From a virus: DNA of 64,000 bases. The translations under genes and the position numbers were made by a program. The notes beneath the pieces are model-generated. The model was not told the origin of the DNA. It saw only the letters and a program-made list of their open reading frames with translations, and ran no database searches. Of this stretch, positions 19,897-30,385 are shown in pieces. Where the stretch lies: the IMG/VR virus record IMGVR_UViG_3300009370_000003. One strand, given 5' to 3'. Position 1 is the stretch's first letter; each line of letters opens with the position of its first letter.

Positions 19897-20313
19897 CTAA
19901 AGTGCGATATCGGGTGCATCGTTATCGATGTTATCTTGTAGATTATCAGAATCCGCTTGGTAAACTGCCAAGTCTGCCTTTAGTTTGGTCAGAGCAGCTG
20001 CACCTTCTTGAGCTGCGACATCTTCACCATTGTCACTCCAATTTTTCCACACCTTATAGACTCCCCTAACTAAGGAAGTTGCTCTAGTGCTACCACCAGT
20101 TGTGGTTTCATCAGCTGTCGGAAATTGAGTTCTCCACCATGCAAAATACGCATCACCACCACCCGTTGTTGTAGTTGTGTGTGCTAATGCCTCCGCATCA
20201 GTATCTCCATTTGGGCCAAAGGTATTTGAATTAACACCTTCTATCCAGTCAATGGCTCTTTGGATTCCTAAAATTTTTTCATCTACACTTGCTTTTTCAT
20301 CTGCATATGCCAT
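19897..20313 (-). CDS. hypothetical protein
   Basis: GGAGG RBS, intact ORF. Confidence 0.65.
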   Translation of the reverse strand: MAYADEKASVDEKILGIQRAIDWIEGVNSNTFGPNGDTDAEALAHTTTTTGGGDAYFAWWRTQFPTADETTTGGSTRATSLVRGVYKVWKNWSDNGEDVAAQEGAAALTKLKADLAVYQADSDNLQDNIDNDAPDIAL

Positions 20314-20339
20314 ATGCTTCCTCCTAAATATAGAACTAT

Positions 20340-20519
20340 TTAGGTTTTCGAAAGGGGTGAGGAGTGAAGTTTATCTTCTAATTGATCTATTTTTAGCTGA
20401 ATAAGTTGAACCTTGCGTTCTTCCCCATTAGTCTTAGCTTCTTTCAATTTTTTCTTGAGCGCAATTTTATGTGTTATCGTTTCAATAACTTCGTCTGATT
20501 TTAAAGTCTTTCTTATCAT
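20340..20519 (-). CDS. small basic coiled-coil protein
   Basis: ORF packed in operon. Confidence 0.55.
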   Translation of the reverse strand: MIRKTLKSDEVIETITHKIALKKKLKEAKTNGEERKVQLIQLKIDQLEDKLHSSPLSKT

Positions 20520-20734
20520 CACGCCACCATTATGCACGATTCTAATTGCTCTTCTAAAGACTCTAATGGATTACATAGTGGTTCCTCAATAGGCTCTTGA
20601 ATTGGTATCTCTTCTAGTTCAGGTGGACATAGAAATGTCCCTTCTCTGTCATTATAACAAAGTCCGTCCAATACTTCCATAGAACCACATGCAAATAACG
20701 ATGCTGTCAGAAATAATATAGTCAAAATTCTCAT
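20519..20734 (-). CDS. small putative lipoprotein
   Basis: signal peptide with LFAC lipobox. Confidence 0.55.
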   Translation of the reverse strand: MRILTILFLTASLFACGSMEVLDGLCYNDREGTFLCPPELEEIPIQEPIEEPLCNPLESLEEQLESCIMVA

Positions 20735-20753
20735 AATACTATTTAGGGTTACT

Positions 20754-21197
20754 TTAGAAGTCTCCATCTGCAACTTGAACTACAGTGGTTCCTCTTGCTC
20801 TCCACATATCAACGACTTTGTTCCTATCGTCAAATACAAGGTCAATTTTACCACCAATTTCTTCAAACTTGTCAGCAAGTTCTGCTTTGAATACTTCATC
20901 AGGGTCATATGAACCATCAGGTCTAAGAAAAAGACCTTGATGACCATCACCAATCCACTCATGAATTTGTGATTCGGTAACAGCTCTTTCTGACTCATTC
21001 CTTGCTGAAAAGAATGCAACTTGGTCACCAGCTGCAATGAATCTTTTTGCAATGTTACAAACCCATTCAACTGGTGTATCGAAGGCTGTTTGCCTCCTAA
21101 ATTCATTCCAATCTTTAGGCTGAGAACCGTCTACCAAATGTCTCCTATGTTCACAATCGGCAATAGTTCCGTCTACATCAAAAATTACTGTTTTCAT
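20754..21197 (-). CDS. HAD-family phosphatase (PseT phosphatase-domain-like)
   Basis: DVDGT, SAR, FDDR motifs. Confidence 0.88.
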   Translation of the reverse strand: MKTVIFDVDGTIADCEHRRHLVDGSQPKDWNEFRRQTAFDTPVEWVCNIAKRFIAAGDQVAFFSARNESERAVTESQIHEWIGDGHQGLFLRPDGSYDPDEVFKAELADKFEEIGGKIDLVFDDRNKVVDMWRARGTTVVQVADGDF

Positions 21198-21203
21198 ACC
21201 TAT

Positions 21204-21236
21204 ATATTATCAAAAAATGACACCCATTGTCAAGGC
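21204..21236 (-). promoter_or_regulatory. early promoter (copy 2 of 5)
   Basis: GCC-TTGACA-ATGGGTGTCATTTTTTGA-TATAAT. Confidence 0.85.
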
Positions 21237-22618
21237 TAAATCTTAAAATCGGAGTATCTATCTCGTCCTCTATCTGCTACTGGAACTGAATCGTCAAAAT
21301 CTTCTTCAGCTGAATCTATCAACTCTTCTTGTGCTTCTTGTTCACAATCATAAAGTTTCATGCGACTTCTATCTACACCTATAACAAATCGTTTAAATAT
21401 TGTAGGGTCATTGTATCTGTTCTTTAATTGTTTGACTACTAACTGGTCTAAATCTTCTAGTTCGTCACTGGTAATCAGTGCAAACATTAAATCTGCAGTT
21501 GCAGGCAGTCCAAAAGATTCCGAAGTGTCTTCGAGTCCAATATCTGTGGAACCATAGCCACTTCGGGTTGTCTGTGTTGCACTCACAATAGGAACATCAT
21601 ATTCCACTGCAAGTCCTCTTAATTCTTCTGCGATACTCTTAACTAATGTGTAAGAGTTTGCACCAGCTCCCGGCCGAATTCTATGTGATGCACATATATT
21701 TAGATAATCAATGAAGATAATGTCGGGCTGAAAGTCTTTTTTAATATTCAACTCTTGTAATAAATGTCTGAAATGACCAGCGTGAGCAGCTGCAGTAGGA
21801 TATTCTTTTACAATAAGTTTACCCTTGGTTTTGTTTTTAAGTTTATCAATCTTCTTATCAAACATTTTCTTTGATAAGTCAGGCAATTCCTTCATGGGAA
21901 TATTCAAGGTATTTGCGTCAATCCTTTCTGCAATTCTTTCTTCACTCATTTCAAGTGTGATATACAATACATTCTTATTCATCATAAGATTTGCAGCTGC
22001 ACAATGACACATGAATAATGATTTACCAACACCAGTTCCAGCAAGACAAATGTTTAATGTCTTGTTAGGTAATCCACCCTTGGTAATCTTATTAAAATAC
22101 TCTAAGTCAAATGGAATCTTCTCTTCTTCCGTATGATAGAATTCAAATCTATCGTCTGAATCCTCTATCACATCATGACCAATATGGGTATCAAAGGACA
22201 CGGAGAGTGCATCTTTAAGAAGTTCAGGTATTTCACCAGTGGAGCGTTGGGACTTCTTGTCTATGACTTCGATAGAATCCATGACTGCAATATAGATTGC
22301 TCTATCTTTGCACCATTTCTCTGTCTCGTCTACCAACCACTCTTGTGGAGTGTCATCTCCACCGAAACCTTTAACAATAGTTTTTGCGTCCTTGAGAGTC
22401 TTCTCATTAAGGGAAGTGCTATTCTCAAGATTTATGAGAAGTGCTTCTACTGTTGGTGGTTTAGTATATTTCTGAAAGTAATCGTATGAGAATTCATAGA
22501 TTGTTTTTTCAGATATATCTGTGAAATACTCTGGCTTCAGAAAAGGTATGCACTTCCGTGTAAACTCTTCATTCTGAATCAGATTCTTGAGTATCGTCTG
22601 TTCTAGTCTCGTTTCCAT
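21236..22618 (-). CDS. gp41: replicative DNA helicase (T4 gp41-like)
   Basis: [35 protein letters not shown]. Confidence 0.97.
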   Translation of the reverse strand: METRLEQTILKNLIQNEEFTRKCIPFLKPEYFTDISEKTIYEFSYDYFQKYTKPPTVEALLINLENSTSLNEKTLKDAKTIVKGFGGDDTPQEWLVDETEKWCKDRAIYIAVMDSIEVIDKKSQRSTGEIPELLKDALSVSFDTHIGHDVIEDSDDRFEFYHTEEEKIPFDLEYFNKITKGGLPNKTLNICLAGTGVGKSLFMCHCAAANLMMNKNVLYITLEMSEERIAERIDANTLNIPMKELPDLSKKMFDKKIDKLKNKTKGKLIVKEYPTAAAHAGHFRHLLQELNIKKDFQPDIIFIDYLNICASHRIRPGAGANSYTLVKSIAEELRGLAVEYDVPIVSATQTTRSGYGSTDIGLEDTSESFGLPATADLMFALITSDELEDLDQLVVKQLKNRYNDPTIFKRFVIGVDRSRMKLYDCEQEAQEELIDSAEEDFDDSVPVADRGRDRYSDFKI

Positions 22619-23621
22619 ATTTAAAATAATCTCTCACTACTACCTCAAGCCTTTCCATTACATCAGGTGTAAAGAACTTCTCGGGGTTATTATTAATCGT
22701 TTTTGCAAATTCAGTTTTACCGTTTGGTAATTCCACTCGTGTTGAGGACTTCTTGAATATTTCACTTGCAAGAGCAAGGTCAAGTAATCCGTAGTATCTA
22801 TCCAAACCAGTTTCATAGTTTAGTCGGACATCAACCATTCGGTTTTCCACTGTAAGTCTTGACTTTGCATTTTTACAGTGAATAATATTTCCGATAACTG
22901 TTGTCCCTTCCTTCTCTTTTTTCTTGGACAGATAGATAATAGTTGAAGCTGCATACTTCAATCCACTACCACCACCCATTTCTTTTTGAGGGAACATAGA
23001 ACCAATAACATCATAAGTGTGATTCGTAACTATTAATGGGACGCCTGTCCTTCCTAGTTTGAGAGTCAATACTCTGAATGTGCCTTTAACAATTTGAGCA
23101 CGAGTCATGTCTCGGGTTTCTTTACCCTCTGCAGTGTCCTCGATTTCTTTTGTAGTAGATAACATACCCAAAGAGTCAAGACACATCATCATTGGTGGTC
23201 TTTTATCTTTTGGGGTTTCTAGATATTTGTCTAATATAGAAATTGCCTGTTGTCTGAATTCTTGAACGGTCACTACAGGCACAATGATCATTCTCTTTGA
23301 ATCAATACCTCTATCTTCAATCATTTCTCTGCTGATTGCAGATTCAGATTCAAAAAAGATTACAGCTGCGTCTTTATTATCCTCAAGGAATTGTCTAACC
23401 ATTCCAAGTGCAAAATAAGTTTTACCAGTTGCTGATTCTCCTGCGATTGCAGTAATTTTGTTTGTTGGTAGTCCACCATATAATGAACCACTCAATAATG
23501 CATTGAAAACATAACTACCCGTATCAACGAATGAGTCAACATCTCCAGCACTTACACCGTCAGAAACGACACTTGCATATTCGTTTCCTGATGATTTAAC
23601 TAAGTCTTTAATAAATGACAT
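22569..23621 (-). CDS. uvsX: RecA-like recombinase
   Basis: [20 protein letters not shown]. Confidence 0.95.
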   Translation of the reverse strand: MSFIKDLVKSSGNEYASVVSDGVSAGDVDSFVDTGSYVFNALLSGSLYGGLPTNKITAIAGESATGKTYFALGMVRQFLEDNKDAAVIFFESESAISREMIEDRGIDSKRMIIVPVVTVQEFRQQAISILDKYLETPKDKRPPMMMCLDSLGMLSTTKEIEDTAEGKETRDMTRAQIVKGTFRVLTLKLGRTGVPLIVTNHTYDVIGSMFPQKEMGGGSGLKYAASTIIYLSKKKEKEGTTVIGNIIHCKNAKSRLTVENRMVDVRLNYETGLDRYYGLLDLALASEIFKKSSTRVELPNGKTEFAKTINNNPEKFFTPDVMERLEVVVRDYFKYGNETRTDDTQESDSE

Positions 23622-23648
23622 AAACACTCCTCATAAATGTATACTACT

Positions 23649-23686
23649 ATTATACTATTTATGTGGAGTGTTGTAAAGGTGGTTTT
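23649..23686 (-). promoter_or_regulatory. AAAACC-box promoter for uvsX
   Basis: AAAACCACC-TTTACA-N17-TATAAT. Confidence 0.7.
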
Positions 23687-24685
23687 TTAACTTTCTTCTA
23701 AGCTTTCTTCGTCATCGTCTGTTATGCCAATGGCTCTGATAAGTGAATGAACTTCATCACCACCATCATTGTATAGTTTTTGAAGTCCTCGTCTCAATAG
23801 GTTTCTAGCTACTGATTCGATTTTCTTACCAGCAATCAAAGGTTTGATAAAGTCTGCTTGTGGTGTATTACCACCGTTTGTCATTTCTGCAAATGTGTTT
23901 TTGATTTCAGTGATAGACGCAGTGTTAACTGTCACCTCATTTTCATTTGCACTTAAGAGTGCAGCCATACCTAATAATAGATTTACTGACATAGTTTTCA
24001 CATTTGGATATGCTTTCCTGATAACTTCGGAAGCTTCAACCATAAACCTTGAATCTACAGATTCCCAGTTTTTGTCGAACATTCCAAAACCACCTAGGTC
24101 ATATGCATCTGTATCAAGGTTGGTATTACCGACATTCAATTTACATCTTTTTAGTAATGCAAGTTGATCCATTGCAGTTGAGTCTCTAAAGACAACCTTT
24201 GCTCTAAAGATTTCATCAGGTGCCATTGAGGTTTGATCTGCATTACGAGTTTTAAACATTTTTGCTTCGATTCTTTGACACTTAGCTTCTGAATGAGTAA
24301 TGTCATGTGTAAATATAGAAGTTTTAATACCTAAAAGACCAACGATTGCAGCCATGATACTTCTGTGGAATCCGTCCCATACGAACTTTCTTCCATCAGG
24401 TCTGACTGCAAGGTCAACATGACCTGCTACTGCTTTATCAAAACCACCGCTGTCAATCAAACGATTGATTAGTCTTTGGATTTTGAGTTTTCTTTGGTAA
24501 GTCAAATCAACATAGATATCAGACAAAGGAATTAAATCCTCACCTGTATATGGTGATGCTGGTTTGAGTTTTTTAAGAGTGTCAAATTTGAAATTATCTA
24601 TTTGCAAGATAATCATTATGATATCCGAAAGTTTGACGACTTCCGACATTGCACCGATTTGTGCAAACGCTTGTGACTTCTTCAT
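23687..24685 (-). CDS. ParB/Srx-like domain protein
   Basis: VDLTYQR...RPDG.KFVWDGFHR motif. Confidence 0.7.
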   Translation of the reverse strand: MKKSQAFAQIGAMSEVVKLSDIIMIILQIDNFKFDTLKKLKPASPYTGEDLIPLSDIYVDLTYQRKLKIQRLINRLIDSGGFDKAVAGHVDLAVRPDGRKFVWDGFHRSIMAAIVGLLGIKTSIFTHDITHSEAKCQRIEAKMFKTRNADQTSMAPDEIFRAKVVFRDSTAMDQLALLKRCKLNVGNTNLDTDAYDLGGFGMFDKNWESVDSRFMVEASEVIRKAYPNVKTMSVNLLLGMAALLSANENEVTVNTASITEIKNTFAEMTNGGNTPQADFIKPLIAGKKIESVARNLLRRGLQKLYNDGGDEVHSLIRAIGITDDDEESLEES

Positions 24686-24746
24686 AAGTCTTTCTCCTTG
24701 TTGTTTCCAACAGTTGTTATTAACATATTCCGCTAGGAATACTACT

Positions 24747-24784
24747 ATTATATAGTGTGCTTGGGAGTTTGACTAGAGGGTTTT
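24747..24784 (-). promoter_or_regulatory. AAAACC-box promoter for ParB-like gene
   Basis: AAAACCCTC-TAGTCA-N17-TATAAT. Confidence 0.7.
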
Positions 24785-24961
24785 TCTCTTTTCTTTTCTT
24801 TCTTTTCTTTCTTGTCTGATGTCTTTAATAGTGTCGTTTCTTGCTAAAGACTTCTCTATCATAGTTTTGATTAGATAGATTTGACATTCCAAATGAATAA
24901 TAAAACCAAAGATAACCGCTATCATGGCAATGTAGAAACAGTCTAGAAATTCAATAACCAT
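24773..24961 (-). CDS. small membrane protein
   Basis: N-terminal TM, basic tail. Confidence 0.6.
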   Translation of the reverse strand: MVIEFLDCFYIAMIAVIFGFIIHLECQIYLIKTMIEKSLARNDTIKDIRQERKERKEKRKTL

Positions 24962-25425
24962 TATGATACCTCGTCAATTTGTTCTTGGGTGACTGTTCCT
25001 TTTTCTATAAGAAGCTTGCGGTGGATTAAATGTTGTTCTTGGATTTCTTCTTTATTACCACCAGCATAATCAACTGCATGGTGGTCTGCAATCATTTGTT
25101 GATTTATACTAACTTTACCTTTCACATGACCATCTCTTAAATTTGCTTCATGTTTAACAAATAACTCACCAAGAATTCTACCAAACTTCCCTTTATCATG
25201 AGAGATAAGGGTGACATCTTGTTCTTCTAACAAGTGTTGTAAGTGGTATTTTGATGCCTTGCCAAAGAGCTTTTCGACTTTATCTCGTGTGCGAGATTCA
25301 GGGGTATCTATACCCTTTAGCCTCACTCTTTGTTTCTTATAAACCATTCCGAATCCTAAATCGATATCTACATCAACTGTGTCACCATCAACCACGCGGG
25401 TAACATTTACATTATATTCGTACAT
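24961..25425 (-). CDS. thermonuclease (SNase-like)
   Basis: VVDGDT, RVRLKGIDTPE, KFGRILG. Confidence 0.92.
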   Translation of the reverse strand: MYEYNVNVTRVVDGDTVDVDIDLGFGMVYKKQRVRLKGIDTPESRTRDKVEKLFGKASKYHLQHLLEEQDVTLISHDKGKFGRILGELFVKHEANLRDGHVKGKVSINQQMIADHHAVDYAGGNKEEIQEQHLIHRKLLIEKGTVTQEQIDEVS

Positions 25426-25449
25426 ACCCTTATTTAGGATATTCTTGAA

Positions 25450-25878
25450 TTATAGGTTACTTTTATTGTGGTTTCTATGTTCGATTTTTGATTCCCAGTC
25501 CTTTACTGCTTGTGAAATTGAATCTTCTGCAAGAACTGAACAGTGAAGTTTAATTGGTGGGAGCTCTAGTTTTTCTGCAATGTCCTTATCTTCGATAAGT
25601 TTTGCTTGTTCTATTGTTAATCCCATTAACATATCAACAAATAATGAAGAGGAAGCGATTGCACTACCACAACCATAAGTTTTAAACTTAACATCTTCTA
25701 TAACATCTGTTTCGGGATTAATTTTTAAATCAAGTTTCATGACATCGCCACAAGCTGGTGCTCCAGTCATTCCTGTTGCAACATTTGGGTCTTTGGGGTC
25801 GAATCTACCTACACCGTGTTTATCGGGGTTGTTGAGGACATTGTTGAATCTATCTACAACCTTTTTACTGTATGCCAT
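25450..25878 (-). CDS. iscU: Fe-S cluster scaffold IscU
   Basis: APACGD, KTYGCGSAIAS, LPPIKLHCS (HscA-binding LPPVK-like). Confidence 0.96.
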   Translation of the reverse strand: MAYSKKVVDRFNNVLNNPDKHGVGRFDPKDPNVATGMTGAPACGDVMKLDLKINPETDVIEDVKFKTYGCGSAIASSSLFVDMLMGLTIEQAKLIEDKDIAEKLELPPIKLHCSVLAEDSISQAVKDWESKIEHRNHNKSNL

Positions 25879-25895
25879 ACTCTATATAGGTAAAC

Positions 25896-28400
25896 TTATC
25901 CAAAAAATGAGTCAAGACTAGCAACTGGTTCAACATTCCAGCCAATTAAACTAATAACAACCTTCAAAGGGTCTACGAATGCTTTATCAAATTGCATATC
26001 GTAATCTATAAATCTATGTAAATCTAATTCTCTAGGTAATACATTAAGGAATGCAATGACATTCTCATTAATAGGATTAGGGGTTGACAAATAACTGAAA
26101 TGTATCTTCTCACCATTCTTAACCATTTCATATCTTCTATCGATATTCTTCTTCTTAAGGTGGTGGTTATATAACAAGGAACCTCTTACATGAATCGGAG
26201 TTCCTTTTGAATAGATATGTGTTGGGTCTGCATACTGAACTAATCCTTTACACCCTCTAGGAAATGCAACTTCCTCGGGTGGTAAATTCCTAAACTCTTT
26301 TCGGGCATTCTCAACAAACTCCCACAAGTCTGTTTCTTCACCATTCATAACAACTTGAAAAGCCTCTGTGAGTTTTCCTCTAACCCATTGTGGTGTTGAA
26401 CTCTTTGCAGTTTCAATACCCATCATTTTAAGTTTAGGAGTTTTTAATCTGACCCCTTCGTTATCATGCACATTAAGAATATATCGTTTCTTTGCAGTCC
26501 AAATACCACGGTCTGCAATAATCTCTCTGCCCATTTCCATTTTGTTTTGATATGCATTTGTATATTCTGCAAGTTCGTCAAACCCTTCAGCAAGAACTTT
26601 CTCAATCAAACCTTCGGAGCTGTTTAAGAAGTCTACAATCTTACCCTTGTTTGTTTCTTCGGGAAGAACTCTTTGAACTAATTTATCCATAGTAATATAA
26701 AGTGAATCAGTATCCATTGCAATTACATAATCTTCATTATCAGTTTCAAGAGTTTTGTTTAAGAATTCGTTTATGGTTTTCTCAGCCCACTGAATGATTA
26801 GTTGCCCGCTAGTGGTGATTGCTTCTGCAAGGTCGACACTAAAGAAAGCAAAGTATTGATTTGCAAGAGCTCCGTATGCTGAATTGAGTGCAATCTTTCG
26901 AACCATTTGATTGTTATTAGCTCTCTTAATTAAAGTATCGAGTTCTTTTCGTCTTGGTTTATCTGCACTCTGATATTCAATTTGATAGTCAATCATTTTC
27001 CTCTTCCAAGCCTTTCTCTCGTCATAGAACTTCTCCATGAGTTCGGGAAGAAAACCTTGTCGGTTTCGTGTAAACTTTGCACCGTTAGGACAAACAGTAT
27101 TATTCTCTTTCTTTAAATGACTAAGGTCAACTTCTCTATTGAGTAAAGACTTAATAGAAACCTCTTCCTTTGCAGACTTAACCATTTTCTCGGGTGAGAT
27201 ATTATGTTGCATAATGATATGTGGGTATAGAGAATTTAAATCAAAACTCACAACCCAATCATGTCCACCAACTAATGGTTCTTTAACATATGCACCTATG
27301 ATACGACTTGTCTTCTCACGAGACATTTTTTGTGGTGGTGTTTGGATATTCTGTTCTTTTAAGAAGTTATAGATTATGGTTTCCCAATACTTAACCATAC
27401 CAAATGTATCATTATAATTACACTTTGCATTATAAGACATTGTTTGAACCAACTCAATCAGTCCAAGTTTCTCTTCTAGTTCTTCAACTAATACAGCGTC
27501 AACAACATTATACTCTAAAAACTTTTCATAATCTTGTCGATAAAGTGTGTGTAAGTTTCCATACTCTGAATAATCTAACTTACCTTTACCAAGTTCAATG
27601 TGTGAAATATGGTTTAATGAATAGGATTCTTGATTTACAAAAGTATGTTTCCTATAGAGCTCGAGATAATCAAGAACATTAATCCCATAAAGATTGAATA
27701 CTTGTTGTTTTTGATATCCTTGTGAAACGAATTCTCTAACATCTGACATTCCCCATGGAGATAATTTCTTATGTTCGTCTTCTCCAATAATTTTATCAAT
27801 ACGATTACAAAGATAAGTTATATCAAAAGAGTTTACATTCCAACCAGTGATAATATCGAATGATTCCTTTCTCCAGTATTTGATAAACTGCATTAAAAGG
27901 TCTGCTTCATTTGTGCAAGGACGATAATCATAATTCTTACCATGATTCCATTCACCAAGACCGAATACTACTGGAGGTTTACCAAATGGTTTCATAGTGA
28001 TTGCATTAACCTTCTCGCCTGCAATCATAGGCTCAGGAAATCCGTCTTCACACTCACACTCAATATCGAGTGAAGCTGTCTTAATTAATTTTGGATTGAA
28101 TTCTATATCACCTTGAAACTTATCTGCAATATAGGTGTAGATATATTTGTCGTATCCGTGGATTTCAAATCCGTCAACGGCATTATATCTTTCTCGAAAC
28201 TTTCTTGCACCACCCATGGAGTTAAGATTAACTGCCTCAAGGGGTCTTCCGTCTAATGCACGGAATGCTGTTTCTCCTTTTTTTGAGGGTATGTAATGGT
28301 TGGGACGATATGCAACGGAAAGTTTTAATTGTTTCTTTCCTTTGTATCCCTTGACTAAAATTTTATCTCGTGTGCGACAAACATTTGTATAAAAATCCAT
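25896..28400 (-). CDS. gp43: family B DNA polymerase (T4 gp43-like)
   Basis: DIECE exonuclease, DLNSLYP, KIALNSAYG, DTDS, KKRY; C-terminal SLDSFF clamp motif. Confidence 0.98.
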   Translation of the reverse strand: MDFYTNVCRTRDKILVKGYKGKKQLKLSVAYRPNHYIPSKKGETAFRALDGRPLEAVNLNSMGGARKFRERYNAVDGFEIHGYDKYIYTYIADKFQGDIEFNPKLIKTASLDIECECEDGFPEPMIAGEKVNAITMKPFGKPPVVFGLGEWNHGKNYDYRPCTNEADLLMQFIKYWRKESFDIITGWNVNSFDITYLCNRIDKIIGEDEHKKLSPWGMSDVREFVSQGYQKQQVFNLYGINVLDYLELYRKHTFVNQESYSLNHISHIELGKGKLDYSEYGNLHTLYRQDYEKFLEYNVVDAVLVEELEEKLGLIELVQTMSYNAKCNYNDTFGMVKYWETIIYNFLKEQNIQTPPQKMSREKTSRIIGAYVKEPLVGGHDWVVSFDLNSLYPHIIMQHNISPEKMVKSAKEEVSIKSLLNREVDLSHLKKENNTVCPNGAKFTRNRQGFLPELMEKFYDERKAWKRKMIDYQIEYQSADKPRRKELDTLIKRANNNQMVRKIALNSAYGALANQYFAFFSVDLAEAITTSGQLIIQWAEKTINEFLNKTLETDNEDYVIAMDTDSLYITMDKLVQRVLPEETNKGKIVDFLNSSEGLIEKVLAEGFDELAEYTNAYQNKMEMGREIIADRGIWTAKKRYILNVHDNEGVRLKTPKLKMMGIETAKSSTPQWVRGKLTEAFQVVMNGEETDLWEFVENARKEFRNLPPEEVAFPRGCKGLVQYADPTHIYSKGTPIHVRGSLLYNHHLKKKNIDRRYEMVKNGEKIHFSYLSTPNPINENVIAFLNVLPRELDLHRFIDYDMQFDKAFVDPLKVVISLIGWNVEPVASLDSFFG

Positions 28401-28406
28401 TATATA

Positions 28407-28435
28407 ATTATACTACGGAAGGTCTATTCTGTCAA
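28407..28435 (-). promoter_or_regulatory. consensus sigma70 promoter for gp43
   Basis: TTGACA-N17-TATAAT. Confidence 0.75.
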
Positions 28436-28645
28436 TGTAGTTCTTGTTGGGTGTAAGAGGTTTTTTACTGTTTCTAGTTTATCTTCTGCGTCAGCAAGTT
28501 TTGTAACTTCCATATCCATTGCAGCGACAACATCAGGGTGTTCTCCAATTCCTACTGGGTTTGATTGATAAACTTCAATATTTGCAGTTGCAGCTGCAAT
28601 ATCACCTTCGTATCTCTTCACTAATGCTCTTAATAAATCAGTCAT
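28424..28645 (-). CDS. small conserved phage protein
   Basis: NPVGIGEHPD motif in coiled-coil protein. Confidence 0.7.
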   Translation of the reverse strand: MTDLLRALVKRYEGDIAAATANIEVYQSNPVGIGEHPDVVAAMDMEVTKLADAEDKLETVKNLLHPTRTTLTE

Positions 28646-29086
28646 TTATACTCCTAAAACTTGTTCTTGTAATTCTTTAGACCTACGGCCTACTTGTCTA
28701 AACCAACGGCTATCTTCCATTTGAGCTGCCATTTCTTTCCAGTCTCTAATCTCAACTGCATGAAGCATATTTTTAAATTTACCTAATCTGTTTGCACCAA
28801 GATTAAAACACATATTCACTAATACATGTTGTATGTTTTCGGGTAAAGTATCAAAATCTGATACTAAGTGTTTTGCTTCAATTACATGTTTGTCAAAGTC
28901 GTCATCATAATATATGTCAACTACTTCTTGACTAACTGGGGTTCCTGCTGGTTTTCCGTATTCGGGGTCAGACTTCTGTATCAAATGTCCAACACCAAGT
29001 GTAAGGTATCCAAGGGAGTCTTCATATATTTCTAAGACCTCGCCTTCGTGTCTCTTAATCTGTTCCTTCAATACTTCTCTGTTCAT
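28646..29086 (-). CDS. T4-type lysozyme (GH24-like)
   Basis: HEG...YEDSLGYLTLGVGH (E-D-T triad), NMCFNLG, DSRW..QVGRR. Confidence 0.9.
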   Translation of the reverse strand: MNREVLKEQIKRHEGEVLEIYEDSLGYLTLGVGHLIQKSDPEYGKPAGTPVSQEVVDIYYDDDFDKHVIEAKHLVSDFDTLPENIQHVLVNMCFNLGANRLGKFKNMLHAVEIRDWKEMAAQMEDSRWFRQVGRRSKELQEQVLGV

Positions 29087-29369
29087 TTTTGTCCCTCTCG
29101 ACTTGTTCCTCTAGGAGTTCCACTAGGATATCTCCCATAAGCTTTTCTAATGTATCATTATTTAGTAGTTCGTCCATTGTCAAATTTTCATCGTTAGGAA
29201 GTCTACGAATTGTTCGTTGAAAATTTAAATGTGGTTTACCTTCAACAAACTCCACATTACCATACTGATACACTAACCCTTCAAATTCTCCACTGACTAT
29301 TTCTATGCCAGCATCTTTCTCATGTGGATTTTCTACCACTTGAAATACATTTTTAAATAATTTTGACAT
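29055..29369 (-). CDS. hypothetical protein
   Basis: G.FEGLVYQYG.V pattern; coupled to TET gene. Confidence 0.65.
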   Translation of the reverse strand: MSKLFKNVFQVVENPHEKDAGIEIVSGEFEGLVYQYGNVEFVEGKPHLNFQRTIRRLPNDENLTMDELLNNDTLEKLMGDILVELLEEQVERDKNEQRSIEGTD

Positions 29370-30385
29370 TAGTCTCCTAAGAAACTATCTAAGCTACCAT
29401 GTTTGTCTCTATGATGGTGTCCGATAGGATTCTCTGTTTTACCTCTTACACCTTTTGTTGCAACATCACTTCCACAATATGCAACACATGTATGTCTGAC
29501 ACCTTCACCTTTAATTTGAGTCACACCATGCAATTCATTTGAATCTGCAATAATAACATCACCATCATCTGCATCGATACCAATTCCATATCTTGGGAAT
29601 GATAGATATGCGCCTTCAAAATCTCCACAACGAAATACACACATTGTTGTCATTCCAAAATCTAAATCGTCACCGTCAATATGTGCAGACATTTTTCCAG
29701 CACCTTCAACATATGAATATTTGTTTGCAGATATAGAAGTGAACGGAGCTCCTTGCAACCAGTATTTTTCTTCAACACACTCATCACAAAAATCTCTTTG
29801 TTTTTTCCAAACTTCGGGGGCCCCTATTTTTAATGCTTGTTCATTTAGAACTGCTATCTCTTGCATGCTTTCCCACTTCTCTTGGTTTCTTTTTAGTTTT
29901 GCCCAACCACTTAAACCAATCATTCCCGTAAATCTTCCTCTCTTATGTCCCATAAAAATAGAATGAATAGGGTTTGCTTCTGCAATTCGATTGAACTCAC
30001 CATTTTTCTTTAGTGGATAGTATGAGTTTGCAGTTCTTAATTTATAATGAACTCCCTCTATCATACCTTTCTTTGCCATTTCATCTTTATCAATAGGGCC
30101 AGCTGCATTTGCACGAAGTGTAGATACATCTTCAATAGATTGAACTGTTGACCTTAATTCTTCTAACTTCTCACCTTCGTATACGCCTTTAACAATACAT
30201 GCAAGTAGAGGTGGTTCCTCTCCAAGTGTAGATACTGGTTTATAAATCTTGGTTAACTCGTGGTCTGTTCCCACGGTAGATACTAGGTCTGTGACTTCAC
30301 TTCCGTCTAACCACTGACCGTTATACTTCTCCATAGTTTCTTTAAAACCATGGTCAACTGTTGGTGTGTGTGTTCTAATTGACAT
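29369..30385 (-). CDS. TET/JBP-family 2OG-Fe(II) dioxygenase
   Basis: SAHIDGDD (HxD), GDFEGAYLSFPRY, GDVIIAD..ELHGVT, RHTCVAY; overlaps the C5-MTase stop. Confidence 0.85.
   Translation of the reverse strand: MSIRTHTPTVDHGFKETMEKYNGQWLDGSEVTDLVSTVGTDHELTKIYKPVSTLGEEPPLLACIVKGVYEGEKLEELRSTVQSIEDVSTLRANAAGPIDKDEMAKKGMIEGVHYKLRTANSYYPLKKNGEFNRIAEANPIHSIFMGHKRGRFTGMIGLSGWAKLKRNQEKWESMQEIAVLNEQALKIGAPEVWKKQRDFCDECVEEKYWLQGAPFTSISANKYSYVEGAGKMSAHIDGDDLDFGMTTMCVFRCGDFEGAYLSFPRYGIGIDADDGDVIIADSNELHGVTQIKGEGVRHTCVAYCGSDVATKGVRGKTENPIGHHHRDKHGSLDSFLGD

Noticed and set aside
1993-28400. Introns, inteins or homing endonucleases in nrdA, nrdB, gp41, uvsX, gp43
   Set aside because: All are continuous and of ordinary length; no splicing or HNH/GIY-YIG/LAGLIDADG motifs seen
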